From positions 5,270,001 through 5,334,000 of the forward strand of contig NC_043009.1 of the NCBI RefSeq assembly GCF_006345805.1: a DNA stretch of 64,000 nt, given 5' to 3'. The notes beneath the pieces were generated by a model. That model searched no databases. It had not been told where the DNA came from and worked only from the letters and a program-made list of their open reading frames with translations. The number at the start of each line of letters is the position of its first letter. Position 1 is the first letter of the stretch. Source of the DNA: Octopus sinensis (lineage: Eukaryota). A program made the position numbers and the translations under genes. This document shows positions 1 through 12,552 of the stretch, piece after piece.

Positions 1-158
1 TGTATGATAAGACGGAAGAATATTCATTCCATAAGTTTTGAGACTCTTTCAGGAGAAACACTTAGGCATCTCGAAGAAGTACAAAGCCCTTCTAGTTTGA
101 TTCAAAGTAGGATCTTCTGACTTCAATGTACGTCCTAATGTGGTCCAGTTACTTCATG

Positions 159-464
159 TGGAGGCACATGGCCTAGTGGTTAGAGCAGCGGACTCGCGGT
201 CGAGAGATCGCGGGTTCGAATCTCAGACCGGGCGATGTGTGTGTTTATGAGCAAAACACCTAAGCCCCACGCGGCTCCGGCAGAAGTTAATAGCGAAACT
301 TCTGCTGACTCTTTCGCCACAACTTTCTCTCACTCTTTCCTCCTGCATCTTGCAGCTCACCTGTGACGGACCGGCGTCCCGTTCAGGTGGGCAACCTATC
401 CACCAAGAAACCGGGAAACCGGCCCTTATGAGCCGGGCATGGTTCGAGAAGGAACAAACAACAA
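159..464 (+). mobile_element. tRNA-derived SINE (family A) with 13-bp target-site duplication
   Basis: Box A TGGCCTAGTGG, box B GGTTCGAATC, (AAC)n tail; CAGTTACTTCATG repeated exactly at 146-158 and 465-477. Confidence 0.9.
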
Positions 465-1220
465 CAGTTACTTCATGAATGCTCTATAGAAGTCTAAAAC
501 CTTTATCCCATCCTCCGTCATCTTTTCTTTTAGCTTGGGGAAAAAATATCACAGGGAATTCTAAGGAGTGTAAGGGATAGTTCTGAGGTCCATCCTTCTG
601 AAGTCGTCGGTGAAGTGGATGAAATTGCTCACTAGATAATAGCCCTGTTGGTGGTGTTATGGCCACAGTTTTATGACTGAAAAAATTATTTACATTACAT
701 TTTGCTGACGACTACGAGCTAGTCAATGCGTTGTTCTACAGTAGGTTACTGAGTACCAAAGAATTTAACCCTGTATTACATTTAGAACGTAGTGTCTGCG
801 GGCCAAGTAAGTGCTGTTAAGAAAATAACAGAAATGGGACTATAATATTATTTCATTTCCTCTAAAAAAATAAAATACTTGCATTCTATTTCATATGTTT
901 TTTTCTACACCAAAAGGCGTTGACAAGAAATAGAATAGCACTGGATTCGTACATGCCCAAAGTATGAGGAAGTAATATTCAAATACAGAAAAAAATAAAT
1001 TCACAGAGAGATAAACAATTTTCAACAGAAAATAAACTGAAAAAGAAAAAAGAAAAACCACGACAGAAGCAGGAACGCAGTTTCAGCTACTCACATTTCA
1101 ACACAGAAAGCGCAAATTTGCTGAATATCCATAAAAATTGTGACAACAATTAGAGCGGTAACAACGGTTGCAGCAGCCAAGACAGCAGCACTTAGAACAG
1201 CAGCTGCAACAACAGTTTTA

Positions 1221-1430
1221 GTGGAGACGCAATGGCTCAGTGGCTAGGGCAGCGGACTCGCGGTTGTAAGAGCGCGGTTTCGATTCCCAGACCGGGCATC
1301 GTGAGTGTTTATTGACCAAAGTCACCTAAGCTCTACAAGGCTCCGGCGGGGAAGAGGGGTGAGCCCCGCTGTACTCTTTCACCACAACTTTCTTTCAATC
1401 TTTCTTCCCACTTCTGTCACAAAGCAGAGG
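1221..1430 (+). mobile_element. tRNA-derived SINE (family B), 3' truncated
   Basis: TGGCTCAGTGG / GTTTCGATTCC boxes; body matches the copies at 48761-49133 and 52811-53125. Confidence 0.8.
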
Positions 1431-1692
1431 AACCATGGTGTAACCTACTATGGTGTGGTAAACTTTCAGTCCCTAGTCTATATTATGAATCCTCTGTAAC
1501 CCAGGATGGTTCAGTTCTCCACTCGTCAAAAGCCACCGTTTACGGAATGAGGATAACAATGTAGCTTTCGCGCCCGTGCAACCGCCAGTCTATCGCGTGT
1601 GGTGGGTGGATCTTCAGGTTGCCACACACATTCTTAGAGTAGGCTCGAATTAGAGATTATTCTTTGTGGCTAATGGCGTGAGTCCTGATTGG

Positions 1693-1748
1693 AAGAAGAA
1701 GAAGAAGAAGAAGAAGAAGAAGAAGAAGAAGAAGAAGAAGAGAAGAAG
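1693..1748. repeat. (GAA)n microsatellite
   Basis: Direct reading. Confidence 0.95.
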
Positions 1749-2708
1749 TAATACATGTAAGATATTAACGGAAGTTTCCAAATATAATCTCTTTTCAAAT
1801 ATGTTATAAATTGAAGGGTTGGTATATGGAAAGAAGACAACGGAATGTTACAAACGCATGACCTTTCTTGTTCAAGAAACTTAACTAAAAATGGAAGATA
1901 TATGACCATGTAGCATCCATTCATGAAGATTAGAATTCTTTTATGCGTAATTATAAAACAGAAAATTCTAGACGATGTATGAGAAAAGTTCTTCTACTGA
2001 TAAGGAAATAGCGTATAGAAACATGTGATTGGGGTTCATATCTGATGGATTACCTGGAAATATAGTTGACGGAAACAGTGCTCCGTAAAGTGGTGAGTAG
2101 GATGGCGTTGCAATGAAAGTAGTTCTTTAATATGAAGAATACAGCTGAGAAAAGAGTTTGTGATTCTGATGCACGGATCGCCGTCATTTTCGTAGAATGG
2201 ACACGCAAAGCATGGGCCCTCGGGGTAAATGCATGACATAAATCTTAAAGGATTGTTCATAGATTTGCAAGTTCTGCCGACTTCAGAAAACCTCTACAAA
2301 CCCGAGTTCGTAAGACATTACAGGCGCAGAATTTGTAACAGTCACAGTCGGTGGAACACCTCCGTTTTTACTGTAGGGGCACAGAAAGCTAGAAAGCTAA
2401 CGATAAACCATTAACAACAAGTCCTCGAAGCTGCAGCTTCCATATCATCATACGTCAAATTTACGAGTTTAAGGATAGCAATGCTACCGCGCTCTAAACA
2501 AGAAGACGATCACAATCTATGGTCTTCGTTTTTCATAACTATTAAAGTTACCCAATACATTTGAGACGGTGGAAGTAGATGGAGTATGAATGTTGGCAAC
2601 TAAAAATTACCAAAGAAATTCTGACTAAAAAAAGAAATAAATTTTGGTTAAATTTGCCGCACCACGTGAGAAGGCACACATCTCTTCCGCTAACGGCTGA
2701 GGACCCCC

Positions 2709-2781
<73 letters not shown>

Positions 2782-3842
2782 ATATATATATATACATAAT
2801 ATTAGGTATTTAGAAAAATACAACATGACAAGAACGTATAACTCTTAGAAGACGATACAATAAACATGGACAGGACATTCGAACCCCTCAGTCTTCAGTC
2901 AAGAACCGGATCATCGTAGTAATTTCGGCTGATTAATCTTGAGATTACTAGATCACGGCCAGCCCTCCAAGAAAAACTAAGCAACGAGCATTAGAAAAAC
3001 TAAGCTGGAAGCGTAGATTTCCTGGAAGAAGGATCGAATGCATACGAACACCAGGACAGCAAAAGGGACAGATATAAAAAAAAAAAAAAACAATAATGGA
3101 ATACAGAAACATGAAATACAGAAGCATTAACGGTGAAAACAACAAGTGTCTTACGACTGATAACAAGCAAACAAATTTTTTCTCTGGCGCATTGGAAAAA
3201 GCCTTTATAGCGGCGGACGAAAACAACGATGTTAACACGACGAGGGTCAGGAGCTGAAAGGCAGATTTCGGCCACAGTCACGTGTACAGAGAAGAGGGAA
3301 AAGAAAAGAAAGAGAAGCAAAGGAAGAGAGAGAGAGAAGGGGACAAAACGCAACAAAGAGAGAGAAGAGAGAGAAAGAAGGAATCAGAGAGGAGAAGGGA
3401 TGGGTGTCGAAGAATGACCTGTGAGTGCAGAGCGAGACAAGAAATAGGAGGGTAGTGGAAGACTAACCAAAGGATCAGAGGAAAGAGAAGATGAATAGAG
3501 AGAAAAGAGAGAGAGAGGGGGACAGATCAAGTAAAAATGAGAGAGAGAGAGAGACAAACAGAGAGTCGTACCAATTATTAAGAATATGTGTTCACATTAA
3601 TGATAAGGGGGGTACGGGGCGCCTGGAATATATGTTAAGGTATGTAGAAAGTATATATATATATCAAACTGGCAGGGAAATCAGAAGCTTAGAGGAAGAA
3701 TTATTGAAATTAGAAAAATTATTTAGTTTACTCCTAATAACAAATTAGAGTTATCTACATGGGAATCAGGTGTTTACGTGCTCATCTTTTCCTTTCTACG
3801 ACACCCATTCCCCATATTTCTTCGACCCATATATGTTTATAT

Positions 3843-3879
<37 letters not shown>

Positions 3880-5020
3880 TATTAACTATATATATATATA
3901 CATATATATATATAGATACATATATATAATAATATAAATAATATATACATACATATATAAATACTTACATCTATACATGTGTACATATACGTATGTATAT
4001 ATGCATATATATATCATTTATATTATTATATGACTGAACGCAACGCATCCTTTTCCAAGTAAGCTTTATCTTCATAATTCTGATGCGACACTGTATTCTA
4101 TCCTATTGCTCTTTCGTTTTCTCTCTTCTTTTCTCGCATTCTTTTACCGCCTCTTCTCCCTCTCTCTTATGCTTTCTCCAAATCTTTTCCTCTCCCTTTC
4201 GCAGTTCTCTGTCTGTTGCTCTCTCTCCCTTATTTTCCTCCCTTTGCATTCGTAGCTCCCACGTGACCATCACCTATATTTATTTCTCTCACTATATTGC
4301 GTTTCTTTTTGTTGCAGCTGGAGGAACAGGACGCAGTCATGTCTGTCTTCTGTCCGAGCGTGTTTCGCCGCGTTCGCCACTTCACCTCATTATGGCTTTG
4401 CATTACTTCCTGTTTGTTTTCACTGTCCTGTTTTTCTTACCGATTTTGACCCTCTGCAAAATCCCAAATTTCATTTACTTTACTTTGCGTCAGCAACTGT
4501 TTTCTCGGAAACGTATCTTGTCGTGAATTGCTCGAAATACGAAGTAGAAAAACAGCCGACAACTGATGAAGGATCGTTTTTTATGTTGCATGTCTTATTT
4601 TCCATTTGTTTCTTTCGTTGTTGGAAAAAAGTTCATATTTATATTTATAAACGCTAATATAATATTAGATTTTTTTTCACACATTACAAAACAGGGGCAG
4701 TTGGAATTCTTGAGAAGAGAAATAACACTTGCTAATAGATAAATACTTATACGAGTGTATCTTGCTGAGAAACAGAATTACACACAACTTTGGGAATATT
4801 TCTCAAGCAGGCGTGAAAATATTCAAGACAATGATATCTAACTTTTAAAGAAGTGTTGATGTTGATATTAGCACTGGTTTGTTACATCTGTATACCATGC
4901 GGTGTATCAGGTTGAATTAAATTGGTTATTCGTTGATGATTATATGTATGTTTAAACGTATCTACGTATGGAAGGAATGCTCATACACATGGAAACACAC
5001 AAACGCACACACACATAAGC

Positions 5021-5051
<31 letters not shown>

Positions 5052-5367
5052 TGTACATGGATTAAAGTTTATATGAATAAATGTATACATATGTGTACGT
5101 GTGTGTATGTATATATGCATAGGTGTGGCTTTCTGCGTAGGAGTATTAGTATTCCATATATTTTTGGGTATTCCGCATTTCCTTCTTACTCGCTTAAGTT
5201 TATCATTCCCAGTGTAATTGCTTTTGCCTTTTCGGATGATCATGTATATATAACCACATACACACAGACAACACACCCACCAAAATATACACACAGACAT
5301 ATATATATATAATATATATATATACACATATATATATACACACACATATTATATATATATATATATA

Positions 5368-5445
<78 letters not shown>

Positions 5446-6435
5446 ATATAATATATGTATATGTGTGGGTGTGTGTGTGTGTGTATATTTGTTTTGTAAG
5501 TATGTTCTCAGTCCGTTTATAGTATGTAGTAGCTGTCAGAATTTGATATTGTAGTGTGACTATACAAACTGTACATGTGTGAAGCGTTAAGAAATTTTAT
5601 ACCATTGATGGTTTGTATCTTTTCTTCCGCCATCACTTTCTGTTTTGCTTTGAGTAATCTTTTTTTTTTTTTTTTGCTATTCTTCAAAGAAAATCTGCAA
5701 AATGATTTTGAATTTCCATTGCAAATATTCCTTCTCATTACATTTCAGATATCTGCTTCTATGTCTCAGTTTGGCCTGCTTTCTCACACAGGCATACTTC
5801 TTTGTACAAACATACATCGAGAGATAGAGACGTACATAGACACACATATATATATAATAAGAATAATGTGTATGAGAGTATGATTTTATTTGAGAGTATC
5901 TTATTTCTGAATGTATTTAGTAAAAAAAAATGCTAAACTAAATGAAAGGACAACAAAAGAGCAGAAACAAGTCTAGTATTGAGTATCTACTGGAAGAGTC
6001 TGCCCGAATCATTATATATAATTACCTCCTTTTTCACCGATATATCTTTTACTTCCTGCTCCTCTATACTAGAGAGTAGCTTCAACGTTTGCCTCCTCGA
6101 TTCTCACTGTTTATGTATAATGCTGATTGCTCGCTTCATCTAATTAACGCAGTCGTTCGAGTATGGTGAAGTAGTTAATTCTTAACTATGGGATATAGAT
6201 AACATGGATATCGATGTCATTGTGGGACCCATCTCATTTATTTGTATATATAAATATATACATATATACAAATATATGTATATATATATATATGTATGAA
6301 TGCATCTAGTTTGTATATGTATATATATATGAATATAAATATATATAACAACATACATATACATGTACCTATATATATATGTATATATATGTATATATCT
6401 GTATATATATATATATATGTATGTATTAATACTTG

Positions 6436-6492
<57 letters not shown>

Positions 6493-6641
6493 CTTGCGTG
6501 GTAGTGTTTACATACATTCCCAGAGCTATACTTGTATACATGTGAGTGTATATGTTTACAGAGAAAGATGTATCAATATATCTACGTTCCTTCCTTCTTT
6601 TATTCCTTCCTTCCTTCATTTCTTCTTACCTGCTTATCCAC

Positions 6642-6840
<199 letters not shown>

Positions 6841-7782
6841 TCAAACTATCTACCTACCTGTCTGTCTGTCTGTCTGTCAACGTATTGTGTCGCTTAGCGC
6901 CTTTCTCTCTTTTTTCAGTATGCAAATTTCAGTAGTTAAAGTTTATTCGAAACAATTTTTTTATTCACAAAGTTATTCATCATCAAAGTGGCTGATATTA
7001 CTGGAATATACCCGGATAATACAGTTACGTCACATTCACATGATATCATCTTTTGAAATATTCCATCACTACCATCGCGTGTCACTAACGACGGGAGAAA
7101 TTTTAATTAAATCTGATATTTTGTTACATAAGGCATCCATAATATGACATCAAAACAATTCGAATATGAAACTTTAGATCATTTTCACTCTTAATAACTG
7201 AATATATTGTGTATTGTCTATAAAGATAAGTTAACTGATGAGGATTTACATCATTGTTTCTGCAAGCTCTATCGATCGGTGAATTTCGTAAATACACACT
7301 AAAGATATTGTGAAGGCACAGCCATATTAAATGCTGATTTTTATTATTGTTCAACGTTGGAAAAGGTGATGAAACTGATGCACATCAGAGGAAAGATCCA
7401 GCTATGATATAAGGGGTGCAACGAAATCTGAGCTTCAGAAGGCGTTGTTTATTATATCTGATTTTGAAGATTTCATTTGACGTAGTTCAAAATGTAGATA
7501 AACCTCCGGGAATATACTGATTAGACCCGTTCCTTACTTCGGGCACTTCTTGTACATAGCGATGGAAGTTATTGTAACTGTGTGCTCACGGAATTTACTG
7601 TGTATACTCTACGAGCTCAAATTACAATGAACCTATTAGTTCTCTCATTTTTAAATGTAAATTATACTTGCCAGGACAACATTATTTCCTAACCACTCGC
7701 CAGAACAGAAAGCTTAATTTCCTACAATGCAAACTCAAATTTAGTGTGTGGGTGTCTAGTTAACAATATTGCAACACGCATA

Positions 7783-7945
7783 TACGACAGGTTGTCGAAA
7801 GGTACCTAGCTAAAAGGTTGTCGCGGAAGGTCTGGTTGGAGGCCCAACCTTCCGAGTTCTTTTACGAGGCTTAGAAAGACTGAAGAACCACTGCGATAAG
7901 TGTGTGAATCTGAGAGGTGAATGTGTCTAATATAATCATAATTAT
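7783..7945 (+). mobile_element. Mariner remnant (transposase C-terminus)
   Basis: Translates to LRGLERLKNHCDKCVNLRGECV*, matching the mariner C-terminal RWxKCVxxxGDYVE pattern. Confidence 0.55.
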
Positions 7946-10205
7946 CTAATCGCACTATATATTCTTCTAGCAAAAGGAATTGGCTCAGGGTACAACTAGT
8001 TGTATCATATATGAAATACCTCCACCGCATTTCGATGGTACTACAATTATATGTGGTTTGGCGCAAAGGACTTTAATATTGATAATTATTTCGACCAACA
8101 AACAGGGAACGACTGAATTCCAGTTTAATTCTTCTATAAACTTAGGTTGTAAGGAATCTGGACTTCTCTCCATAGCATGCAAAACTGTCGACAGAGAATC
8201 TTATTCTAACGGAAACCATAACTGTACACAAGAAATTGAGTGTTTTGTTACAGACAACCATATTTCTTTGTTTAACTTCCATGTTTCCATAATTTGTCAC
8301 TAGGAAGAGTTTTATGTAGCTGAAATCTCTCAGGATTACGTGATAAATTCTTGAAACTACAGTGGAAGAAATGAATCTTGAATATTTTTTATTTTGTCTG
8401 TCGTTGCATTTTCTCCAATCACTGAGTTACAATTCTACAATAAAAAAAAAACAGCACTGATTGACATTTGCTGGGTGACAATACAATTATGAACACACGC
8501 ACGCTAACATACACTCATACACTCACAACCACATTCACACGCACACAGGTAAACTCATACAGACAGGCGCATATCATGGGATTCCACATAATTTTCCCTC
8601 TACGAAATTCACTCACAATGCAATTCATGAGGTGCAGTGCAATGGGTTTGAACCTGAAATCCCATGGCCACAAAGCGAACTTTTTAATTGCACAGACATA
8701 TCTGCACCTAAAATGTCGAACCTGCATTTAACAAAGTATTCATTTAAAAGCAAAGATATAAATCGGTTGAGATTTTCTTCGGGGCGGACGTTTGTTTGGT
8801 TACTCTTGGTGTCTGTTAAATAGATACAGCCTGTTTATATATACATACGGTATTATTAAAATAAGGATTGATATTGTAATTAAATTGGTATGAAACAAGA
8901 TACAGAATTTCATTTAAACTGGTTGTTTTCACTTTCTGCAACTTCTATATCAACACTGATTTTTTTTTTCAATTTATGCTACTCGTATATCATTTATCAT
9001 CTTGATAACAAGATTCAGATTTTTCAGAAAAAAATGACATTCGAGATTTCAATATGAAAATAGTAATAGATAATAGAATATAATTTTCGATTATCAGATC
9101 TTATTTGGCTATACATATAATCACACTTCTTCTCAATAATCATTACCGACCACCCATGTTGCTACGAAACTAATAACACACGCAACAAAGTAAATAATAT
9201 AAATGCATGTAGAAACCAAAGAAAAAGAAGAAAAAAATACCGTTTAGTTCTGCGTAATGGCCACGTATTTGGTGATATTATATTTAACAATAAGTAAACA
9301 GATGACTCACTAACATGATTTTTAAGCTTTTATACACATGCGCACAAACACAGATACATACACAGAAACGCACGCACATATACACACACACACGCCCGCT
9401 CACACATACAAAACAAGTGAAATGCAGGGCAGATCTGTCATAAGCAGTTCATAAATGGGTATCCGAGAATTTAGTTTATGAGAACGCGAGAGCCGCTCGT
9501 AATTGAGTGTTAGTAATATAGGCTTGTAGTGCCCTCAGCACGTATCATCAAATTTCAAGGCAAATGACGTGTCCGTCGCTTGCATTCACAGAAAGGACGA
9601 CTACTCAATTTGAACATAGTCGGGAATTCGTCAAACATTCTCCAGCCGGAATATTCAACAGTAGCTAATACAACTTATAGTCATTTGAATTATGACGCAG
9701 GGTGTTTCAGTACAAGTAATTTATCAGATAACCAAAAGCTATAGTTACGACTAACACTTGGAACATGAAGAAATTACGATTATCAGTTGGAATATGAATA
9801 ATCTTCAGAGGCTGTAGTAGTGCAACCGTATCCTTGGTCTAAGAGATTTCAGAAAAATAGGAAGAAATGTTCTAGCGTTCCAAAAATCGTTATTAGTCAC
9901 ACCCAAAATAAAGATTATGTGAAAATTTTCAGTCAGTAGGTTAGAGATTATTCTATATATAGACGTTCCGAAGTTTCTAAGTATAGCCGATGGAAGTAAA
10001 GTTTGTGCAGACATGCAATCTCCTAGTATCAATAAATACAGCTGTAAAATTTACATACTTAGCATCTAATTATCATTGAAGGTCATCGATCCCGTACCTT
10101 CAGGAAGAAAGATCTTATATAAGTGGAAAGATGTCTAAATTCTATAAATATATAACTCCGTTTCTATGTATATAAGTATTTATATATGTATATAAGTGTT
10201 TATAT

Positions 10206-10305
<100 letters not shown>

Positions 10306-10651
10306 GATATATATATATATATATATGATATAGTATATATGTATATATATATGTGTGTGTGTGTGTGTTTCTCATATAAACGGTCTCTCCCTCGTTAGAC
10401 AACGTATGAGTACTCGACGATTACTTACCAAACAACCACACTGATGATTTGTCTATAGCGTTCAAAATGTGTGTGTATAGATAAGCTGACTCCCTACATA
10501 AAATCGCCAGTACCTGTACAGGTACAGTGGCTGCCACATATCAGATGCGTAGATAATCGTGCTTTGATCGAGAACACAACGCAACCGCGATCTGCGAATC
10601 TAACCCAATATCTAGCAAACGTGAGTGCAACACCCTAACCACTAAACCATG

Positions 10652-11035
10652 ATAGGCTGTGTCGTAAGAGGCTTGATAGTTCAGTCCCACTGCGTGGCAA
10701 CTGTCTTCCACTATAGTCTCGGGTCGACCAAAGTTTTCTGAATGTAGTGTGAAACTGAAAGACGCCGATCATATATATATATATAATATATATATTATAT
10801 ATATATATGTAAGTATGTATGTGTATTTTGTGTGTCTGTGTTTCTTCCCCACCGCATCACTTGGCAACCGATGATGGTGTGTTTATGTCTCCGTAAGGTA
10901 GCGGGTCGGCAAAAGAGACCGAAAGAATAAGTACTAAGCTTATAAAGCTGAAGGTATCTGACCAATTTAGTTCACTAAAGGCGGTGCTCCAACATGGCCG
11001 CAGTAAAATAATTGAAACATGTAAAAGGGGTGTGG
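10652..11035 (+). mobile_element. SINE family C with internal (TA)n/(TG)n
   Basis: Matches 61858-62230 (CTATAGTCTCGGGTCGACCAAAG ... GCGGTGCTCCAACATGGCCGCAG). Confidence 0.7.
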
Positions 11036-11548
11036 TGGTGCTTGATGGGTGACAAATAAATTTACAGGCACTCAAAAGCTTCCGTAGTGAGATGGGTATA
11101 TGATCATGAATTAAAATATATATTGAGCCCAAAGTTGGTTACACGTTCACTTTTAGGCGTGTTCCGTATGTTTCAATACATATATTTCCTTTATCTCAAT
11201 GTTCTTTTACAGAAATTGCTTCTTTGCACTTGTAGATGGAGAAAACGTTGATGCTCGATTGGATATAACCTACACATCTCCGCATGTGTTCACTCAATGG
11301 AATCTATCTATACTTAGGGCAAATATTGGGTTCATTATGTAGTGTGGTTCTCCGTCTAAGTGTCATACTTGTCTGTTCTATATAGTGATATCCAAAACTT
11401 GAATAAGTTATAACATACATTAGTGTAAAGGGATAGCACAAGGGAAGAAAGTTTTAATTCTGAACCTCTCTTCTCCTTTGAATAGGAATTCCGAGACTTC
11501 TGGTAGGTTGGGACATGTTCTAGAATTTAGACATCTACCATTGATAAT

Positions 11549-11597
<49 letters not shown>

Positions 11598-11600
11598 TAT

Positions 11601-11638
<38 letters not shown>

Positions 11639-11658
11639 ATAATATATATATATAAATA

Positions 11659-12510
11659 ATATACAAGTAATAAGAGAGAGACCACATGTGGTCACTCTAA
11701 CGCTAGATATAGATCCGCAAAGGCAATCCACCACTAAAGAATTGTTCTCAAGCATTAATTTAACACGCCAAGAATGTAAGCGGTCAGGAAAAATTAAAAA
11801 TAACGAAAAATAGATTAACTCTATACAATTGTTTCATCGTTAATAGATTGTGTAATTTTACTTACACAATCATTTTCGAATCCTCAGTAGAGTATATCAA
11901 AAATATAATTTGCTGAACTGAACGCCAAGATCCATACGAAGCCGAGCAAAGGCGAATGGCACAGCCGATTATATTTGCAGTTACGTTCAAATATTCTCAT
12001 TTCTGGTGCGTTGAAAATACCGGATGTAAATACTACCCCACTAATTTACTGCCGGATTGAGAACATATTAATTTATAATTAAAATCAAAATAAGGGTGAA
12101 AAAAATTGAATATTAATTAATAACATCAATTTAAAAACACCAAGTGACCTAGCGTAAAAAAACTGGTATACAGTAAAAATTATTAATACAAGTAATAAGA
12201 GAGAGACCAAGTAAAATTACGCAATCTATTAACGATGAAACAATTGTATAGAGTTAATCTATTTTTTCGTTATTTTTCATTTGTCCTGCCCGATTACATT
12301 CTTGGCGTGTTGAATTAATGCTTGAGAACAATTTTTAGTGGTGGATTCCCTTTGCGGATCTATATCTAGCGTTAGAGTGACCACATGTGGTCTCTCTCTT
12401 ATTACTTGTATTAATAATTTTTAATGTATCCCAGTTTTTTTACGCTAGGCCACTTGGTGTTTTTAAATTGATATTATTAATTAATATTCAATTTTTTTCC
12501 CCCTTATTGT

Positions 12511-12516
<6 letters not shown>
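11659..12516. mobile_element. Inverted-duplicated, probable PLE pseudo-LTR between (TA)n tracts
   Basis: 11659-11860 is the reverse complement of about 12210-12412, and about 12081-12208 of about 12380-12516; contains an HHR motif. Confidence 0.7.
11818..11893 (-). ncRNA. Type I hammerhead ribozyme motif
   Basis: ACUCUA-CUGAGGA-[stem II with 10-bp GAUUGUGUAA/UUACACAAUC]-GAAA-CAAUUG-UA-UAGAGU; 6-bp stem I, palindromic stem III ACAAUUGU. Confidence 0.8.

Positions 12517-12552
<36 letters not shown>

Noticed and set aside
1560-1630. Minus-strand CUGAAGA...GAAAGCUA hammerhead-like string
   Set aside because: Stem I is out of register and stem II is poor; it lies in a probable LINE/SINE 3' end.
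2870-2990. Possible decayed HHR repeat (homologue at about 27480-27600)
   Set aside because: Both core boxes are mutated in both copies; only the repeat homology is supportable.
7230-7260. CTGATGA-GGAT-TTAC-ATC
   Set aside because: No GAAA, stem III or stem I follows.
7980-8303. 107-aa ORF (also 23973-24401, 142 aa)
   Set aside because: No recognisable motif, splice context or second exon.
11236-11345. Small putative plus-strand exons (532-567, 11236 onward, 16810-16876)
   Set aside because: Short open frames with plausible AG/GT arise by chance in 64 kb; no coherent protein can be assembled.
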